A stretch of DNA of 64,000 nucleotides from Gemmatimonadota bacterium (GTDB lineage Bacteria > Gemmatimonadota > Gemmatimonadetes > Longimicrobiales > Gaopeijiaceae): positions 1,728,001 through 1,792,000 of the forward strand of contig JAXHMG010000003.1 of the NCBI GenBank assembly GCA_034521595.1, read 5' to 3'. The translations under genes were made by a program, and so were the position numbers. Below are positions 60,149 to 64,000 of the stretch, piece after piece; position 1 is the first letter of the stretch, and every line of letters begins with the position of its first letter. The notes under the pieces were generated by a model. The model saw only the letters and a list, made by a program, of their open reading frames with translations. It was not told where the DNA came from and did not search any database.

Positions 60149-61260
60149 GCGGACTCCTCGGTATTCGGCAGCAGGTCCCGAAAGGCGGCGCCGAACAGAT
60201 CCCAGACGGTCAAGAAGAGCGCCGCCACGATCGGGCCGACGATGAAACCCACGACACCGAACATCGCGAGCCCTCCGAACGTCGAGAGGAGGACGAGGAG
60301 ATCATGCATCTTCGTATCGCGCCCGACGAGTCGAGGCCGCAGGAAGTTGTCGATCGTACTCACGACCACGAAACCCCAGACGGCGAGTCCGATCCCGGCC
60401 ACGACCCGGCCCGTGGAAATCAGGATCACGGCCGTCGGCCCCCAGACGATGCCCGACCCCAAAACGGGAATCACCGAGAGCACGGCCATGACGGTCGACC
60501 AGAACGCCGCGCCCGGCAGAGCCAGAACGAAGAAGGCGGCGCCGGCGAGCGCGCCCTGGATCAGCCCGACGAGGATCGACCCCTTGATCGTGGCCCGGGT
60601 GACCGAGACGAACTGGTCGATGAGCCTCCGCTCATCCTCCTCGTCGAGCGGCGTGAAGTGGAGGATGCGCCGAAGGATCGAGCCTCCGTCCATCAAGAAG
60701 AAGTACATCGCGTAGAGCATGACGAAGAGCTGGAGCATGACGGTCACCGTGCTCCTCGTCGCCGCCTGGAGGTTGGATACCAGGAACGATCCGACCCGGC
60801 CCGCGACATCGGTCGCGCTCGACGCGATCTGGCTCTCCTCCGGAATGAGCGAGCCGACCAGCGGTGCTTCCCGGACCAAGGCGATCCACTCCTGCCATCC
60901 CGCTGATTGCTCCCGAATCCACGGCCCCGCCGCCTCGGCCACGTCGACCGCTTGAGACACCACGAGCGCGAGGAACCCGCCCAGCGGGGCCACGATCAAG
61001 AGCAGCAACGCGAGAACAACCAGGAGGGCGGCTGGCCGTCGCTTGCCTCCGAGGCGACGCTCGAGCCTGAGAAAAGCCGCGCGCGACATGCTCGCGAAGA
61101 CGCCGGCGAGGATGAGAGCCACCAGGAAGTGGCGGATCATCACGAGGAAAAGGATCGTGATCGCGGCAACGAGCAGGATGAGGAATCCCTTCTGAAGCCG
61201 CGGCCCGGGCAGGAGCTCGCCCGTGTCCCCCGATCCACCATCTGTTCCGGGCATCGTCAC
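60145..61260 (-). CDS. AI-2E family transporter
   Basis: Multi-TM protein with IDNFLRPRLVG and GFIVGP motifs. Confidence 0.9.
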   Translation of the reverse strand: MTMPGTDGGSGDTGELLPGPRLQKGFLILLVAAITILFLVMIRHFLVALILAGVFASMSRAAFLRLERRLGGKRRPAALLVVLALLLLIVAPLGGFLALVVSQAVDVAEAAGPWIREQSAGWQEWIALVREAPLVGSLIPEESQIASSATDVAGRVGSFLVSNLQAATRSTVTVMLQLFVMLYAMYFFLMDGGSILRRILHFTPLDEEDERRLIDQFVSVTRATIKGSILVGLIQGALAGAAFFVLALPGAAFWSTVMAVLSVIPVLGSGIVWGPTAVILISTGRVVAGIGLAVWGFVVVSTIDNFLRPRLVGRDTKMHDLLVLLSTFGGLAMFGVVGFIVGPIVAALFLTVWDLFGAAFRDLLPNTEESA

Positions 61261-61265
61261 CTCTC

Positions 61266-64000
61266 GTGCGGAAACGCTTCGTGGCGTCCGAGCTCAACGC
61301 CGGCCCGTGTCTACGATTCGTCCTTGCTCCGATCCCCCGTGGGCGTCCGGAGTACTGGTGGTCCGGCAGCGCCAAGATCGTCACGGCCGTCACCTCGGTG
61401 GCGACCGCGGTGGCGCTCCCCCCACTCGTGCCCCGGATCATGGGCGTCCTCAGGGACGCACGCACGTCGCAGCGCAGACGACACGCCCTCGAAGCGGCCA
61501 ATCGGGAGCTGGAGGAGCTGAACCGGCGACTCACGGAGTCCGAACGGACGCGCACCGACTTTTTCGCCAACGTCAGCCACGAGCTGCGCACGCCGCTCAC
61601 CCTGATCCTCGGGCCACTCGACCAGCTCTCGGGGAGCGGCTCGCTCGACGCGGTGCAGCAGCGGTCCGTCGCCGTGATCGAGCGAAACGCGCAGCAGCTC
61701 CTCTCCCGAGTGGACGACCTGCTCGACGTGGCGCGGATGGAGTGGACGGAGCCGACCGCCGAGCCCCAGCCCATGGATCTGGCGGAGCTGACCCGCTGGG
61801 TCGCCGAAGGGTTCACCGGCGCGGCACACAGTCGGAACATCTCATTCGAGATCCTCGCACCACGCGCGCTTCCGGCGACCCTCGATCCGAACATGGTCGA
61901 ACGGATCGTCCTGAACCTCCTGTCGAACGCGTTCAAGTTCACCCCCGACGGCGGCCGGATCGTCTGCACCGTCGAGGTCGAGCCGTCCGATCCGACAAGG
62001 AGTGACCCGCGCCCTCGTGCGCGCATCGTCGTCGCGGACAACGGGCCCGGCATCGCTCCGGGAGAGCGAGAAGCCGTGTTCGACCGGTTCCGCCGCTTCG
62101 ATGACGCGTCGAGCCCGTCCGGCTCCGGTCTCGGACTCGCCATCGTCCAGGAGTTCACGACGGCGCTCGGTGGCTCGGCAACCGTTTCGGAGACCGAGGG
62201 CGGCGGAGCGACCCTCACGATCACGCTCCCCTTCGAGACGCCCGACGAACCGGCGAGCGAGGACCAGACCGGAGCACGTGCGGCCGGCCACCACCCGAAC
62301 CTGCAGGACGGAAGCGGGACGGTCACGACCCAGGAGCTCGTCTCCGGACCTCCGATCGGGGCCGATCCCCTCGCCGCCCCCATCGAGGCGGTGGGTACCG
62401 TGCTGGTCGTCGACGACAACGAAGACCTGTGCCGGTACCTCGCCACCGTCCTGGGCACGACCTACCGGGTGTACGCGGCGTTGGACGGCTCCGCCGGCCT
62501 CACGCGCACCGAGGAGCTTCGGCCGGATCTGATCATCACGGACATGATGATGCCGCGGCTAACGGGCGATGAGCTGCTCGCGGCTCTCCAGGAACATACC
62601 CACCTCAGGGACATCCCCGTCATGGTGCTGACCGCGCGCACGGACGCCGCGCTCCCGGCCCATATGCTCCGGTTCGGGGCGCTCGACTTCCTCACCAAGC
62701 CCGTCCAGGCCGATGAGCTCCGCGAGCGCGTCCGCAACCTCGTGGACATGGCGAGGACGCGCCGCATCCTCGAGAAGGACGCGGACCGTTCCCAGCGGCA
62801 GCTCCACGAGCTCGCCGCAGGATCTCTCCAGCCATCAGGAAGGCGCTCGAGCGCTCCAAGGGCCGGTTCGACTACGTGAGTCCGGCATTCGGTCGGATCT
62901 GGGGCCTACCCGGCGAGGAGCTCATCGAAAATCCCGAGCTCTGGCTCGACCGAATCGTCCCGGAGGACCGGGAGCGGGTCGCCTCGTCCCTCCCCCTGCA
63001 GGCGGCAGGCGGGTGGGCAGCAGGAGTATCGCATCCGCCGGCCCGACGGAGAGATCCGGTGGATCCTGGATCGCGCGTTCCCGGTCGAAGCGGCGGGCGG
63101 AGGAGAGATATCGAAGATCGCCGGTGTCGCGCAGGACGTGACCGTTCGCCGACAGGCCGAGGAACGCTTCAGCCTGCTGACCGAGCATGTCCGCGATGTC
63201 GTGCTCGTGCTCGACGTGCACGGACGCATCACCTTCACCAGCGCGTCCGTCGACGAAGCGACGGGTTACTCCAGGGAGGTCGTGCAGGACTCCGATCTCA
63301 TGGACCTCGTGCATCCCGAGGACCGGGCGGAGCTCCGCCGTCAGCTCACGGAGCTCGCCGAGAACCCCGATGAGATGATGTGGACCCGGTGTCGGATCCT
63401 CACCCGGACAGGTGAAGAGCGTCACTTGGAATCCATCGCATGTAACCGGCTCGCCCATCCGGGCGTCGAGGGCATCGTCATGGTGAGTCGTGACGTGACG
63501 AGCCGGCTCGCCTTGGAAGGACACCTCCGAGAGGCGGCCAAGATGGAGGCGGTCGGACGCCTCGCCGCCGGCGTCGCGCATGATTTCAACAACCTGCTCA
63601 CTGTCATCCGGGCACAAGCCGACCTTCTGATGATCGATCTCGATCCCCCCGACCCGATCCGGGAGGAGATCGAGCTCATCGCCTCGACCGCGAGCAAAGC
63701 AGCCAACCTCACGGCGCAGCTTCTGGCGTTCGGGCGCGAGCAGGTGCTCCGTCCACAGCTCGTGAACCTCAACGAGATCATCGAGGACATGCTCCCGTTC
63801 TTGAAGAAGCCCTTGGGGAGCCATGTTCAGATCGAAACCTCGTTTTCCCCGAGGCTCTCGCCCATAAAGATCGACAAGGGACACCTGGAGCAGGTCATTC
63901 TGAACCTCGCGCTCAACGCCCGGGACGCGCTTCCGAGCGGGGGAAGTCTGCGCCTGGAAACCGAGATGGTCGCTCCGAAGGAGGAAGCCGCCCCCACGGT
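61266..64000 (+). pseudogene. Hybrid dual histidine kinase (HisKA-HATPase-REC-PAS-PAS-HisKA-HATPase), 5'-truncated, three +1 frameshifts, runs off the window
   Basis: SHELRTPL/NAFKFT/DNGPGI/GLGL, then REC. After frame correction, PAS domains and a second H-box AHDFNNLL with NLALNARDA. It may be an intact gene with sequencing errors. Confidence 0.75.

Noticed and set aside
1..64000. rRNA, tRNA, transposase, integrase or prophage genes
   Set aside because: None were recognised by eye. A covariance-model scan would be needed to exclude small RNAs.

Overview
High-GC bacterial chromosomal window. Gene content and protein style suggest Gemmatimonadota, but that is inference only. About 43 kb is housekeeping: purS(partial)-purQ-purL-purF; a minus-strand run alr-cdd-lipoprotein-outer-membrane protein-mtaB-miaB-lapA-like-comEC-fbp; mazG; and a dcw cluster (mraZ-rsmH-ftsL-ftsI-murE-murF-mraY-murD-ftsW-murG-murC-ftsQ-ftsA-ftsZ). 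The dcw cluster runs on into an M23 peptidase, a vWA-like membrane protein, ftsY, recG, asnS and a 2-hydroxyacid dehydrogenase. A sigma70-type promoter with four 10-bp-phased MraZ-type boxes lies upstream of mraZ. The last ~20 kb is accessory. It holds an ECF sigma/zinc anti-sigma/triple DUF4097 module with a candidate autoregulatory promoter and a divergent small membrane protein, which is the best candidate for an uncharacterised system. It also holds an HD-GYP regulator-fdhD-mobAB-cytochrome c-kinase-acyl-CoA ligase run, an apparently collapsed NHL-propeller gene, and a 5'-truncated, triply frameshifted dual histidine kinase with an ethylene-receptor-like helix remnant. Several single-base insertions sit in short homopolymers (purF, final kinase), so some apparent pseudogenes may be sequencing errors. 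I recognised no rRNA, tRNA, CRISPR array or mobile element.
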